DNA of 64,000 bases, taken from the NCBI GenBank assembly GCA_963555815.3, contig CAUVWX020000001.1, positions 1,281,533-1,345,532 on the forward strand, written 5' to 3'. Under the pieces are notes generated by a model. The model had not been told where the DNA came from. It searched no databases and worked only from the letters and a program-made list of their open reading frames with translations. This document shows positions 54,050 to 63,897 of this stretch, piece by piece (within the stretch, counting starts at the first letter, position 1; each line of letters starts with the position of its first letter). The translations under genes and the position numbers were made by a program. This DNA is from a bacterium. GTDB taxonomy: Bacteria; UBA8248; JACPRG01; G963555815.

Positions 54050-54608
54050 GTGCCTGAGAAGGTCTTCCAAGAGACGGAAGGCCGGATGAAGAGCGCCATC
54101 AGCTCGCTCCAGAATGAGCTTGCGATCATCCGCCACAGGTCTGGCCTCACTGGCCCTGTTGGATGGGATCGAGGTGGACTACTTTGGGACCCTCACCCTC
54201 CTCAAGCAGTTGGCGAGTGTGACCGTTCCTGAGAAACGGCTTCTTGCCGTCCAGCCCTGGGACAAATCTATAATCGGGTCCATCGAGAAGGCCATCCTTC
54301 GTTCTGACCTTGGCCTGAACCCGGTGAACGACGGCAAGATCATCCGGATCCCCATTCCCCCCCTTACGGAAGACCGCCGAAAGCAGCTCGCGAAGCTCGT
54401 CAAAAAGGCTGCCGAGAAATATCGGGTGTCCGTCCGCACGGCCCGACGTGAGGGCAACGAGGCCCTCAAGCGTTTGGAAAAGGAGAAGACCGTCGGAGAG
54501 GACGATCTCCACCGGGCCCAGGAGCGGCTTCAGAAACTCACGGATCAGTTCACCAAGCAGGTGGACACCCTGTCGGACAAAAAAGAGAAGGAAGTAACGG
54601 AGGTCTGA
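54050..54608 (+). CDS. frr: Ribosome recycling factor, interrupted by a 1-nt frameshift (extra C near 54133-54134)
   Basis: The N-terminal 28 codons are in ORF 54050..54232 (MKSAISSLQNELAIIR). The rest is in ORF 54114..54608 (TGLASLALLDGIEVDYFG...IPIPPLTEDRRKQL). Removing one C restores AIIRTGLASLALLDG. Confidence 0.85.
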
Positions 54609-54617
54609 GGGCTTCCT

Positions 54618-55407
54618 TTGCCTGGACCAGAGGAGGGGTGGAGAGCCTTGCTGGGGGAAGAGTTGCGGGATCAGATTGACCCCACGAAGCTGCCGCACCA
54701 CATCGCCATCATCATGGATGGCAACGGCAGGTGGGCCCGTCAGCGACGGCTTCCCCGGATCGCCGGGTCACCGGGAGGGGGTTCGGTCGGTAGACAAGGT
54801 GGTGACGGCCTGTCGCGAGATCGGAGTGTCCGCCCTCACCCTCTACGCCTTTTCGATGGAAAATTGGAACCGCCCCCCCGCAGAAATCCGGGCCCTCTGG
54901 ATCATCCTTCGTGAATACCTGAAAAGGGAACTTGAGCGTATGATGCGGGAGAATATCCGGTTCAACACCATCGGCTGGACAGGAGACCTCCCCCCTTCTG
55001 CCCAGCAAGTCTTGGCCGAGATCAAGACCAAGACCGCCCGCAATGACAGGATGACCCTCACCCTCGCGCTGAGCTATGGCTCACGCCAAGAGATACTGCG
55101 GGCCGTACAGGCCCTGTGTGAGGCTGTAGAGAAGGGGGAGATAAGCCCGGAAGACGTTCCCCAGCGGTTCGAGGGTTTTTTGGATACGGCGGACCTCCCC
55201 GACCCAGATCTCCTCATCCGAACGAGCGGTGAGCGTCGGATCAGCAATTTTCTTCTCTGGCAGCTCGCCTATACAGAGCTCTATTTCACGGATGTGCTTT
55301 GGCCGGACTTCCGGGCCCCCGAGCTCTACCGGGCCATCCTGGACTACCAGAGTCGAGAGAGGCGGTTCGGGCTGACGCGGGAACAACTCGTTTCCCATAA
55401 GGGTTGA
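54618..55407 (+). CDS. uppS: Undecaprenyl-diphosphate synthase, interrupted by a 1-nt frameshift (extra G in 54765-54767)
   Basis: The N-terminus is in ORF 54618..54914 ([26 protein letters not shown]). The rest is in ORF 54676..55407 ([12 protein letters not shown]...[14 protein letters not shown]...[17 protein letters not shown]). The start is uncertain (TTG 54618 or TTG 54648). Confidence 0.85.
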
Positions 55408-56204
55408 CGGTGCGCCGAGTTGTCAGCGCCCTCGTCTTTCTGCCCTTCTTCATTCTCTTGGTGCGTTTTGGCTCCCCTGACCAGTTCGTCGTCTTTCTCT
55501 CTTTGGCGGTTGCCTGGGCGGCGTGGGAGTTCTTCCGTCTGATAGGACCGCCAGGGTTCCTGGGGCGGTGGGCCGGTGTCCTGGCCGCCGTGGGTTTGCT
55601 CTTGACCCTCTATCTCATCCCTCACCTCCCCCTCTCCCTGGCCCTTTGGGGGGTGGTCCTGGTATTCTTCTCCGCGGGACCGTGGCTACCCAAAGGGGTG
55701 TGGGCGGCCCTGAAGGGCTATCCGGCCCTTGTGGCCGGCGTCCTCCTTATAGGGGCCACCTTCGGGTCCCTCGCCCTTCTGCGGGACCTCGACTCGGGCT
55801 GGCGCCACGTCTTTTTCCTTTTTCTTGTCGTCTGGGGCGGGGACACGGCCGCTTATTACGTGGGCAGGAGCCTTGGAAGAAGGCCGCTGCTGTCTAAGGT
55901 CAGCCCCCAAAAGACCGTGGAGGGGGCAATGGGGGGACTCGCGGGGAGTTTAGTGGGGGCCCTGGTGGGGTGGGCGTGGTTCTTCCCCTTCTTCGGGTGG
56001 GGCCAAGCCGTGGTCGCAGGACTTCTGCTGGGGGCAGTGGGACAGCTCGGGGACTTGTCCGAGTCCGCCCTGAAGCGGGCGGCTGGGGCCAAAGACGCCG
56101 GGGTCTTGATCCCCGGCCATGGGGGCATTCTAGACCGGGCCGACGGGATCCTCTTCGCTGGACCGGTCTTCTACGCAGCTTTTCGTTGGTGGCAGATTGG
56201 CTGA
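55404..56204 (+). CDS. cdsA: Phosphatidate cytidylyltransferase
   Basis: Polytopic membrane protein with GDLSESALKRAAGAKDAGVLIPGHGGILDRADG. Confidence 0.85.
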   Translation: MTVRRVVSALVFLPFFILLVRFGSPDQFVVFLSLAVAWAAWEFFRLIGPPGFLGRWAGVLAAVGLLLTLYLIPHLPLSLALWGVVLVFFSAGPWLPKGVWAALKGYPALVAGVLLIGATFGSLALLRDLDSGWRHVFFLFLVVWGGDTAAYYVGRSLGRRPLLSKVSPQKTVEGAMGGLAGSLVGALVGWAWFFPFFGWGQAVVAGLLLGAVGQLGDLSESALKRAAGAKDAGVLIPGHGGILDRADGILFAGPVFYAAFRWWQIG

Positions 56205-56221
56205 AATGGGAAAATCCTGAG

Positions 56222-57415
56222 ATGAACAGTGAGGCCTCTGAGGGTGTCCAGCGGATCGTCATTCTCGGCTCAACGGGCTCAATCGGCCTGAGCGCCCTCG
56301 ACATCATCGCCCATCATCCTGGGGAATTGGAGGTTGTTGGGCTGGCGGCCCGAAGAAATGTGGATCGCCTGGAAGAGCAGGCCCGGGCCTTTCGGCCCCG
56401 CTACGTGGCCATCCAGGAGGAGGCCCAGGCCACGACCCTTCGTCAACGCCTGAGAGATCTGCCCGTTCAGGTGTGGGGGGGATCGGAGGGAGTGGAGCGG
56501 ATCGCCCAGATTGAGGAGGCCGATCTGGTCCTCTCTGCCATCGAGGGTACCGCCGGGCTCCTTCCCACATTGGCGGCCATCCGCGCGGGGCGCGATGTCG
56601 CTCTTGCCAATAAGGAGCCCCTGGTGGCGGCGGGGAATCTGATCCTTGAGGCCGCCCGGGGGCGTGTCCGCATCATCCCCGTCGACAGCGAGCACAGCGC
56701 CATCTTTCAGGCCCTGGAGGGCCACCGCCACTCCCAGATTAAACGCATCCTCCTGACCGCCTCGGGAGGTCCATTTCGAGGGCGCACCCGGGAGGAGCTG
56801 GAGCGGGTCACCTCTGAGGAGGCCCTTCGTCACCCGGTCTGGGATATGGGCCCCAAGGTGACTATCGACTCGGCCACCTTGATGAACAAGGGGCTTGAGG
56901 TCATCGAGGCCCACTGGCTCTTTGGGGTCCCTGCTGAGGCCATTGAGATCCTCGTGCATCCCCAGAGCATCGTCCACTCCCTGGTGGAATTCGTGGATCA
57001 AACGATGCTGGCCCAGCTGGGACTTCCTGACATGCGGGCTCCCATCTCCTACGCCCTTTGCTATCCCAAAAGGATTCCCGCCCATTATCCCGCCCTGGAC
57101 CTCACGGCGGTCGGTCAGCTGACCTTCTATCAACCCGATCATGCGTGCTTTCCCTGCCTATCCCTGGCGCGGGAGGCCCTCCGGGCGGGGGAGACCGTCC
57201 CGGCCGTCTTGAACGCCGCCAATGAGGTGGCTGTCAGCTCTTTCCTCAGGGGCGAGATCCGCTTCACCCAGATTCCAGAGCTCATCGAGGAGGTCATCAG
57301 TGCCCATCGCCCAGAGGCGGCGACGGACCTGGAAGTCATCCTATCTGCGGACCGTTGGGCCCGCGCCGAGGCGGGTGCGCTTGTGGACTCGTGGAACGGT
57401 GCCCCCTCTGGTTAA
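56222..57415 (+). CDS. dxr: 1-deoxy-D-xylulose 5-phosphate reductoisomerase
   Basis: From MNSEASEGVQRIVILGSTGSIGLSALDI within ORF 55970..57415. LANKEPLV, DSEHSAIFQ, LTASGGPFR. Confidence 0.9.
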   Translation: MNSEASEGVQRIVILGSTGSIGLSALDIIAHHPGELEVVGLAARRNVDRLEEQARAFRPRYVAIQEEAQATTLRQRLRDLPVQVWGGSEGVERIAQIEEADLVLSAIEGTAGLLPTLAAIRAGRDVALANKEPLVAAGNLILEAARGRVRIIPVDSEHSAIFQALEGHRHSQIKRILLTASGGPFRGRTREELERVTSEEALRHPVWDMGPKVTIDSATLMNKGLEVIEAHWLFGVPAEAIEILVHPQSIVHSLVEFVDQTMLAQLGLPDMRAPISYALCYPKRIPAHYPALDLTAVGQLTFYQPDHACFPCLSLAREALRAGETVPAVLNAANEVAVSSFLRGEIRFTQIPELIEEVISAHRPEAATDLEVILSADRWARAEAGALVDSWNGAPSG

Positions 57416-58358
57416 GCGAAGGTCCACCTTCGGCCGTGCGCTGGCTTTGGGGATCTCGACCGGGGCGGGCGTAGGCTTCATCCCTCGAGTTCCGGGGTCT
57501 GCGGGGAGCCTGCTTGGCCTCGGCATTTATATATGGGTCCCCGTCCTTCGCCCCCTCACCTACCTTGCGGCCGTCCTGGGCAGCTTTTTCATCGGGGTGG
57601 TGCTGACAGGCTGGGCCGAGGAGGCCGGTGGTAAGCGGGACGACCCTCGAATTGTCCTGGACGAAGTGGTGGGGATGTGGGTCGCTCTCTACGCCCTTCC
57701 TCGGACCTTTCCCTATCTTCTCTTGGCTTTTCTCTTCTTCCGCGTCTTCGATATCTGGAAGCCCTTCGGGGAACCGGGCCGAAGGGGTTTGGGCATTATG
57801 GTGGATGATCTCATGGCGGGGGTCTGCGCGAACGTCTTCGTCCGGGTGGTGATGTGGCTGGGGCGGGGCCTTGTTTTGACGATGGAGGAGAAGATAGGCC
57901 ACCTCCTTCGGGAACGGGAGTTGACCCTGGCGACGGCAGAATCCTGCACCGGGGGCGGACTCGGAGAGCGCATCACCCGGGTCCCTGGGAGCTCCACCTA
58001 CTTTCTGGGGGGGATCGTGGCTTACCGCGACTCCGTCAAGCAGGGCCAACTTCGGGTTTCCCCTGAGATATTGAAGCGGTACGGCGCTGTCAGTGAGTCG
58101 GTGGCCCTCCAGATGGCAGGGGGTGTTCGGCGAGCCCTTCGGGCTCGCCTTGGCCTCGCTGTGACAGGGATCGCCGGCCCCTCGGGCGGGACGACAGAAA
58201 AACCTGTTGGGACTGTTTTCATCGCCCTCGCAACGCCGACGGGCTCTCATGCCCGCGGTTGCCACTTCTCGGGAGATCGACAGGAAGTTCGAGAGAGATC
58301 GGTGACGACCGCCCTTGAAATCCTTCTCGATTATCTCCAAGAAGAGAGGGCCAAGTGA
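57399..58358 (+). CDS. Fusion protein: phosphatidylglycerophosphatase A (PgpA) + CinA C-terminal (PncC-type nicotinamide-nucleotide amidase) domain
   Basis: PgpA part: GAGVGFIPRVPGSAGSLLG...LDEVVGMW...FRVFDIWKP. CinA part: LATAESCTGGGLGERIT...GGIVAYRDSVK...GIAGPSGG. The start is uncertain (GTG 57399 or TTG 57381) and overlaps the end of dxr. Confidence 0.75.
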   Translation: MPPLVKRRSTFGRALALGISTGAGVGFIPRVPGSAGSLLGLGIYIWVPVLRPLTYLAAVLGSFFIGVVLTGWAEEAGGKRDDPRIVLDEVVGMWVALYALPRTFPYLLLAFLFFRVFDIWKPFGEPGRRGLGIMVDDLMAGVCANVFVRVVMWLGRGLVLTMEEKIGHLLRERELTLATAESCTGGGLGERITRVPGSSTYFLGGIVAYRDSVKQGQLRVSPEILKRYGAVSESVALQMAGGVRRALRARLGLAVTGIAGPSGGTTEKPVGTVFIALATPTGSHARGCHFSGDRQEVRERSVTTALEILLDYLQEERAK

Positions 58359-58972
58359 GCGAGACCACACGGTGTTTCGTTGCCGCCCCTCTCACGCCGG
58401 AGATCCGAGAAAAGACGCGGGTTCTTCAAGAGAAGCTCAAAGGGCTGGAAGGGGTCAGGTGGGTAGACCCCGATCAGATCCACCTGACACTGAAATTCCT
58501 GGGGGATGTGACCGTGGAAGATGTCCCTTATGTGGCGGAACAGCTGGACATCGTGGCCACGGGGAGCTGGCCCAGCAGCCTCCTGCTTTGCCGCCTGGGG
58601 GTCTTTCCCAACGCCAAAAGCCCGAAGGTCCTCTGGTGGGGACCTGAGTTTGACTCCGTTCCCGAGGAGCTGAATGCCCTTCACTTCCATCTGGAGGGCG
58701 CCCTTCAGATGCTTGGTTTTCCAAACGAATCGAGGGCCTTCCGTCCTCACTTGACCCTTGGCCGGATAAAGGGGGCCGTAAACCCCATCGCTCTGGCTGA
58801 AGGTCTGCGGCAACCTGAAGAACTCTTGAGCGGAACCCTCCCTATCGGGGAAATCCATCTGATGGAGAGCCAGTTGAGCCCCACCGGGGCCTCCTACTCC
58901 TCGCTGGCCAGGCTCAGCTTGGAGGATGACCGGGTTTCGCCCGGCGACAGAAGGCCAACAGATTCCCCTTGA
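58355..58972 (+). CDS. thpR: RNA 2',3'-cyclic phosphodiesterase (2H family, LigT/ThpR)
   Basis: Two H-x-T-x motifs: IHLTLKFLG and PHLTLGRI. Confidence 0.8.
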   Translation: MSETTRCFVAAPLTPEIREKTRVLQEKLKGLEGVRWVDPDQIHLTLKFLGDVTVEDVPYVAEQLDIVATGSWPSSLLLCRLGVFPNAKSPKVLWWGPEFDSVPEELNALHFHLEGALQMLGFPNESRAFRPHLTLGRIKGAVNPIALAEGLRQPEELLSGTLPIGEIHLMESQLSPTGASYSSLARLSLEDDRVSPGDRRPTDSP

Positions 58973-59017
58973 AAAAGGGCACAAGGATTTTCTAGAGTGG
59001 AGAAAAAAGGAGGACGG

Positions 59018-60088
59018 ATGGAGACCGTCAGTCACGAGAATCGCGAGAGTCGAGAAAATCGAGAAAAGGCCTTAAGTCTCGTTTTTTCCCATGTCGAGCG
59101 CCAGTTTGGGAAAGGCGCGATCATGCGCCTTGGGGACGAGGGGTCCTTGGCCGCAGTGCCCATCATCTCCACGAGCTCTCTCTCCTTGGATGCGGCCATT
59201 GGGATTGGAGGGGTTCCTCGAGGCCGGGTGGTGGAGATTTTTGGTCCCGAGTCGTCGGGGAAGACCACCCTTGCCCTTCACATCATCGCCGAGGCCCAGC
59301 GGGACGGAGGCATCGCCGCCTTCATCGATGCTGAGCACGCCCTAGACCCTATCTATGCGAGCAAGCTGGGCGTCCAGACCGACGACCTGGTCATCAGCCA
59401 GCCTGACACAGGGGAAGAGGCCCTGGAGATTGCCGAAGTCCTCGTCCGAAGTGGCGCCATCGATGTGGTGGTTATCGACTCGGTGGCGGCCTTGGTGCCA
59501 AAGGCCGAGCTCGCCGGGGAGATGGGGGACGCCCACATGGGGCTTCAGGCGCGGCTGATGTCCCAGGCCCTCCGAAAACTCTCGGGCGTTATCAGCAAGT
59601 CCCGGACCTGTTTCATCTTCATCAACCAGATTCGCCATAAGATCGGGGTGATGTTCGGAAATCCGGAGACCACCGCCGGGGGGAACGCCCTAAAATTCTA
59701 CGCCTCGGTGCGCCTCGATATCCGACGCATCGCCGCCATCAAGGAGGGATCGGAGATAGTGGGGAACCGGGCCCGTGTCCGGGTCGTGAAGAACAAGCTC
59801 GCCCCGCCTTTCCGACAGGCCGAGTTTGACATCATCTACTCGAAGGGGATCTCGCGGATCGGCGACCTCCTCGACCTCGCCTCAGAGATGAACCTGATAA
59901 AGAAGAGTGGGGCTTGGTACGCTTATAAAGATGAGCGGATCGGCCAGGGCCGAGAGAACGCCCGAAAATTCCTCGAAGAGCATAAGGATGTGGCCCAGGA
60001 TCTGGAAGTCCTTGTCAAGGAAGCCCTGAAAGTCGGGGGCAAGCCACCCTCCAAACCCCCCGCCAGCGCCCCACAAAAGAAACCCTGA
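59018..60088 (+). CDS. recA: Recombinase A
   Basis: [16 protein letters not shown] (Walker A), [19 protein letters not shown] lies 3 nt upstream of ATG 59018. Confidence 0.95.
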   Translation: METVSHENRESRENREKALSLVFSHVERQFGKGAIMRLGDEGSLAAVPIISTSSLSLDAAIGIGGVPRGRVVEIFGPESSGKTTLALHIIAEAQRDGGIAAFIDAEHALDPIYASKLGVQTDDLVISQPDTGEEALEIAEVLVRSGAIDVVVIDSVAALVPKAELAGEMGDAHMGLQARLMSQALRKLSGVISKSRTCFIFINQIRHKIGVMFGNPETTAGGNALKFYASVRLDIRRIAAIKEGSEIVGNRARVRVVKNKLAPPFRQAEFDIIYSKGISRIGDLLDLASEMNLIKKSGAWYAYKDERIGQGRENARKFLEEHKDVAQDLEVLVKEALKVGGKPPSKPPASAPQKKP

Positions 60089-60100
60089 CAGGGCCCCCCA

Positions 60101-60613
60101 ATGGGCCGCCGCGGCAAAGGATCTCCCCTTCTTACCCCCCTTGAAGCCGCGAAGGAAGACGCCTACCGGCTCCTCGCCCGACGCCCCCGGACCCGGTGGG
60201 AGATGGAGCGCTACCTCAAGTCTCGCGCCTATCAGGAGGGCACGGTCCAGGAGATCCTCGATCTCCTCTCGGGTCTGAACTACCTCAACGACGAGGCCTT
60301 TGCCAGGGAGTGGGGTCGCTATCGCTTAGAGACAAGACCCATGGGTGAGCGAGGGTTGAGAAGGGAGCTCAGAGGGAAGGGTGTTGCCCTAAATGTAATC
60401 GATGCCACATTACGCGAGCTCTTCAGCGAGGTGGACGAGGGCGGCCTTGCCCGCCGCTTAGCCGAGCAGAAGGCGCAAAGAGGGCAAGAGGTCTCCCCCG
60501 TTGTGGCCCGCCGAAGGGTCCGGGACTTCCTCCTCAGGCGGGGCTTTTCGTTTGAGGCCACAAACGATGCCCTTCGCCACGTCTTTGGCTCCGACCAGGG
60601 GTCCGAGACATGA
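60101..60613 (+). CDS. recX: RecA regulator RecX
   Basis: Immediately downstream of recA. ARRPRTRWEMERYLKSRAY...YLNDEAFAREW. Confidence 0.85.
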   Translation: MGRRGKGSPLLTPLEAAKEDAYRLLARRPRTRWEMERYLKSRAYQEGTVQEILDLLSGLNYLNDEAFAREWGRYRLETRPMGERGLRRELRGKGVALNVIDATLRELFSEVDEGGLARRLAEQKAQRGQEVSPVVARRRVRDFLLRRGFSFEATNDALRHVFGSDQGSET

Positions 60614-60647
60614 GGGGTTTGCCCTTTGACGAAGGGGAGGGTTGCCC

Positions 60648-61980
60648 TCAAAAGTCCACCCGGGCTCTCACGCCGGGGAACACAATGGCATCCTGACTCG
60701 GGTCTCCGTTCCGGTCAAAAACCATCTGCGTGAAGGCCGTCACAGCCAGATGATCATTGAGCACATAGCGGTAGTAAACCTCTCCCAGCTTTTCCCTGGC
60801 CGTGAGCGGGGAGTTTGCAGGCAGGGTGCGCCGGTTCCGCCACACTTCGCTCCAGCCGAACGCAAAGATGTCCTCCGGCCTCTGTGGAATAAGCCCTTCG
60901 ACCTGACCGCCCGCGCTCCACGCCTGAAAGGTGCCGAAACCATTTCGGTCCCTGTCTCGCCATCCGTATCGCCCGAACAGGGTGATGTAGTCCGTCACCT
61001 TCTGATCCAGGCTCACGCCAAATCCAAGCCCCCCCTCGTCTCTGTTTGCGGAGGCGCTTCGAACTAAGTCATCGACCGTCGCGTAGAATCGGTAGTTGCC
61101 CTCGAGGCCGAACGGATTGAACGTGAGATCCACCTCCCCGATGCCGTAGGGGTGATCAAAAAGGTCGTCGGTTTCATTGCCGTCGCCGTCGGTGTCCTGA
61201 GCCCGGCCTGCCGCTTGCAGGGTGAGCCACTCCGTCGGCGCCAAGGCCACACGGAAGCTTGCCCCCGCACCTCTCGGGGCCGAGCCTAAAACGGCGCTGT
61301 TCCTCAGTGACCCGGAGATGAACTGAAAATCTTCGCTGGCGGCCACGGCGCTGGTGTCGAAATAGTCGATGAGCCTGATCTTACCGGCGCTGACCGTGAA
61401 AAGGTCATTGTAGAAGGACTGCTCTAGGAAGGCGGTGAAGACCTCCACCCTCGCGTCGGTCGAGCCCGCGTCGAAGTTGAGTGTGGAAAGGGTGGAAAGG
61501 TCGCCGTCCGGGCCGTCTCCACCGATGGCCTCCAGGTCCAGCAAGAAGAACCCATGCGAGGAAATGGGGGCTTCAAGGATGAGGTCCAAGGATGAGGTCC
61601 ACCGAGGCCGCCGCAAACTGGGAGTCGCCCCCATCGGCGTCATCCACGCCGAACGAGCCTTGCAACACACCCGTTACCCCGCCGCTCACTTTGAGCTTGT
61701 TGATGGTCTCGACGAATCTGGATTTTTCTTTTGCGGCGGTCTCAACGGGGGGGGTGCTGGCGTCTTTCGCCTGCAACTCTTGCAGCCGGCTGCGAAGGGT
61801 GTCCAGCTCCCCCCGAAGCCCTTCCAGTTCGCCGACCTTCTCCTGAAGGGCCTCGATCTGCTCCCTCAGTATGTCAAGGTCGTCGGCCGTTTGCTGACTC
61901 CAGGCTGGCCCTGAAAAAGCCATCGAAAAGACAGCCAAAAAAACCAGTGCCCGCCCTCTTTGAAGTCTGAAGAAGCACAT
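60648..61980 (-). pseudogene. Outer-membrane porin (OprB-like beta-barrel with N-terminal coiled coil) disrupted by a 13-bp tandem duplication
   Basis: Signal peptide MCFFRLQRGRALVFLAVFSMAFSGPAWS (ATG 61980 after GGAGAGGAGAGGA). Coiled coil. The barrel ends ...VFPGVRARVDF. The reading frame breaks at 61574-61599, splitting it into ORFs 61573..62109 and 60648..61670. Confidence 0.65.
61574..61599. repeat. 13-bp perfect tandem duplication CAAGGATGAGGTC x2
   Basis: Read directly from the sequence. Deleting one copy fuses ...AASVDLIL to EAPISSHGFF... in frame. Confidence 0.9.
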
Positions 61981-62230
61981 CAATCCTCTCCTCTCCGTAA
62001 AGGGTTGCCCGTTCCCTGGGCGCGGTAACCAAATGGCCCTCCAGGGCCTGCTGGAGGCCCTGGAGGGCAAAAGCGTGCCCCCACTCGACCCTCTTCGAGC
62101 CTGGCTCAACTCTCCGAACAGGAGGACATCCCGATTACCGTCCAGGAACGAAAATCTCGGCTCCTGCGTTGGAGCACGTCTGCCGGATCCCTCCGGGCCC
62201 TTGAAGCCTGCGGCGGGGCCTCTTTAGGTG

Positions 62231-63559
62231 TTAAAAGTCGTAGGCCTTTTCGCCGTGGACCGAAACGTCCAGGCCTTCAGCCTCCTGCGCCTCATCAACG
62301 CGCAAGCCCACGGTCATGTCGACGACCTTAAGAATGAGGTAAGTCGGCACCACGGACCAGATGCCTACGGCCACCACGCCGATGGTCTGGATTCCAAGCG
62401 CCTTGCCGATGGAGAGGCCCGGGGCAAGCCCGAGGCCGCCGAGGGCTGTGGTGGCGAAGATCGCGGTCAGGAGAACGCCCAACACGCCGCCCACACCGTG
62501 CACGGCGAGGACATCGAGGGAGTCGTCGATCTTGAACTTCTTCCTGATCAGTATCTTCTCCTGGACCGCCCAGGAGCAGACGAAGCCGGCAAGGAAGCCG
62601 ATGGCGAGGGCGCCGATGGGACCCACAAAGCCGGACGCCGGTGTGATCGTCGCCAAGCCCGCGATGGCGCCGGTGACAATCCCGATGAGGGTGGGTTTTC
62701 CGTACTTGATCCAATCGGTAAACATCCATGTCAGCGAGGCCGTGGCGGCCGCGATGTGGGTCACCGTCATTGCCATGCCAGCGTTGGCGTCGGCCGCCAG
62801 GGCGCTGCCGGCGTTGAAGCCGAACCAGCCGACCCACAGCATGGCCGCGCCGGCCATCGTCATGCCTGGGCTGTGAGGCGGCCTGACATCTGTTGGAAAG
62901 CCCTTGCGGTGGCCGAGCATCAGCGCGACGACGATCGCCGACACGCCGGCGGTCTCATGCACGACAAGGCCACCGGCGAAGTCCATCACCCCAAGATCGG
63001 CGAGCCAGCCGCCGCCCCACACCCAGTGTGCGACCGGGGCGTATACGATGAGAAGCCACAGGGCACTGAACAGGAACATGGCGGCGAACTTCTTCCGCTC
63101 AGGATAGGCGCCGACGATGAGCGCAGGCGTGATGATCGCGAAGGTCATCTGGAACATGAAGAAGACAGTCTCGGGGATGTCACCGTACAAGGTGTTGAGG
63201 CCGACGCCGCCGAGAAATGCCTTGCCGAGACCGCCGATCCACTGGTTGGCACTTCCACCGTCGCCGAAGGCGAGGCTATAGCCGACGACAAGCCACAGGA
63301 CCGAGGCTAGGCAGGCAATGGTGAAACAGTGCATCAGAACCGAGACCACGTTTTGAGAGCGGACGAGACCGCCATAAAACAGCGCCAGGCCCGGAAGGGT
63401 CATGAAGAGGACCAGCGCCGTCGCGGTGAGCAGCCACGCCGTGTTGCCGCCGCTCAGCGACGAGGGACCTTGAGCCATGGCCAGTGATGGCAACATCAGG
63501 GTGACGAACGTTGCAGCGAGTAAAACCCAGAAGGTGTTCCTCAGTGGTGTTCTTGACAT
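62231..63559 (-). CDS. amt: Ammonium transporter (Amt family)
   Basis: DFAGGLVVHETAGVSAIV and AVHGVGGVLGVLLT motifs. ATG 63559 lies 8 nt after AAGGAGG. Signal-like N-terminus. Confidence 0.9.
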   Translation of the reverse strand: MSRTPLRNTFWVLLAATFVTLMLPSLAMAQGPSSLSGGNTAWLLTATALVLFMTLPGLALFYGGLVRSQNVVSVLMHCFTIACLASVLWLVVGYSLAFGDGGSANQWIGGLGKAFLGGVGLNTLYGDIPETVFFMFQMTFAIITPALIVGAYPERKKFAAMFLFSALWLLIVYAPVAHWVWGGGWLADLGVMDFAGGLVVHETAGVSAIVVALMLGHRKGFPTDVRPPHSPGMTMAGAAMLWVGWFGFNAGSALAADANAGMAMTVTHIAAATASLTWMFTDWIKYGKPTLIGIVTGAIAGLATITPASGFVGPIGALAIGFLAGFVCSWAVQEKILIRKKFKIDDSLDVLAVHGVGGVLGVLLTAIFATTALGGLGLAPGLSIGKALGIQTIGVVAVGIWSVVPTYLILKVVDMTVGLRVDEAQEAEGLDVSVHGEKAYDF

Positions 63560-63716
63560 CCCGTCAGCCTCCTTATGATGGGACGAAATCATTCCCCATT
63601 TCCACCGGTTCTCTCATGCGAGAACGTTGAGCTGTCGCGTCACTGCCCCCCCTATGGGTTTCCCGTTTATTGCGCTCTCTTTGGTTCTCTTGTATTGCAA
63701 TTTTGGCAGGGGACAA

Positions 63717-63791
63717 TGGTGGGGCGTGCTGGAATCGAACCAGCGACATCTGCCGTGTGAGGACAGCGCTCTACCGCTGAGCTAACGCCCC
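63717..63791 (-). tRNA. tRNA-Val (anticodon CAC), CCA encoded
   Basis: The reverse complement GGGGCGTTAGCTCAGCGGTAGAGCGCTGTCCTCACACGGCAGATGTCGCTGGTTCGATTCCAGCACGCCCCACCA folds as a cloverleaf: 7-bp acceptor stem, anticodon loop CTCACAC, T-loop TTCGATT. Confidence 0.9.
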
Positions 63792-63897
63792 ACGGCGCTC
63801 GGCGCTCAGGATAGGTGCCCTCACCCCACCCTGTCAACGGAGGATACAGGGATTCCTCCTTGACCGCAAACGGCAATCGCCTCAGGGCTCTTCCTGC

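Noticed and set aside
54131-54136. Programmed ribosomal frameshift in frr
   Set aside because: I saw no slippery heptamer or downstream structure. The adjacent uppS gene has the same kind of single-base homopolymer insertion, so sequencing error is the simpler explanation.
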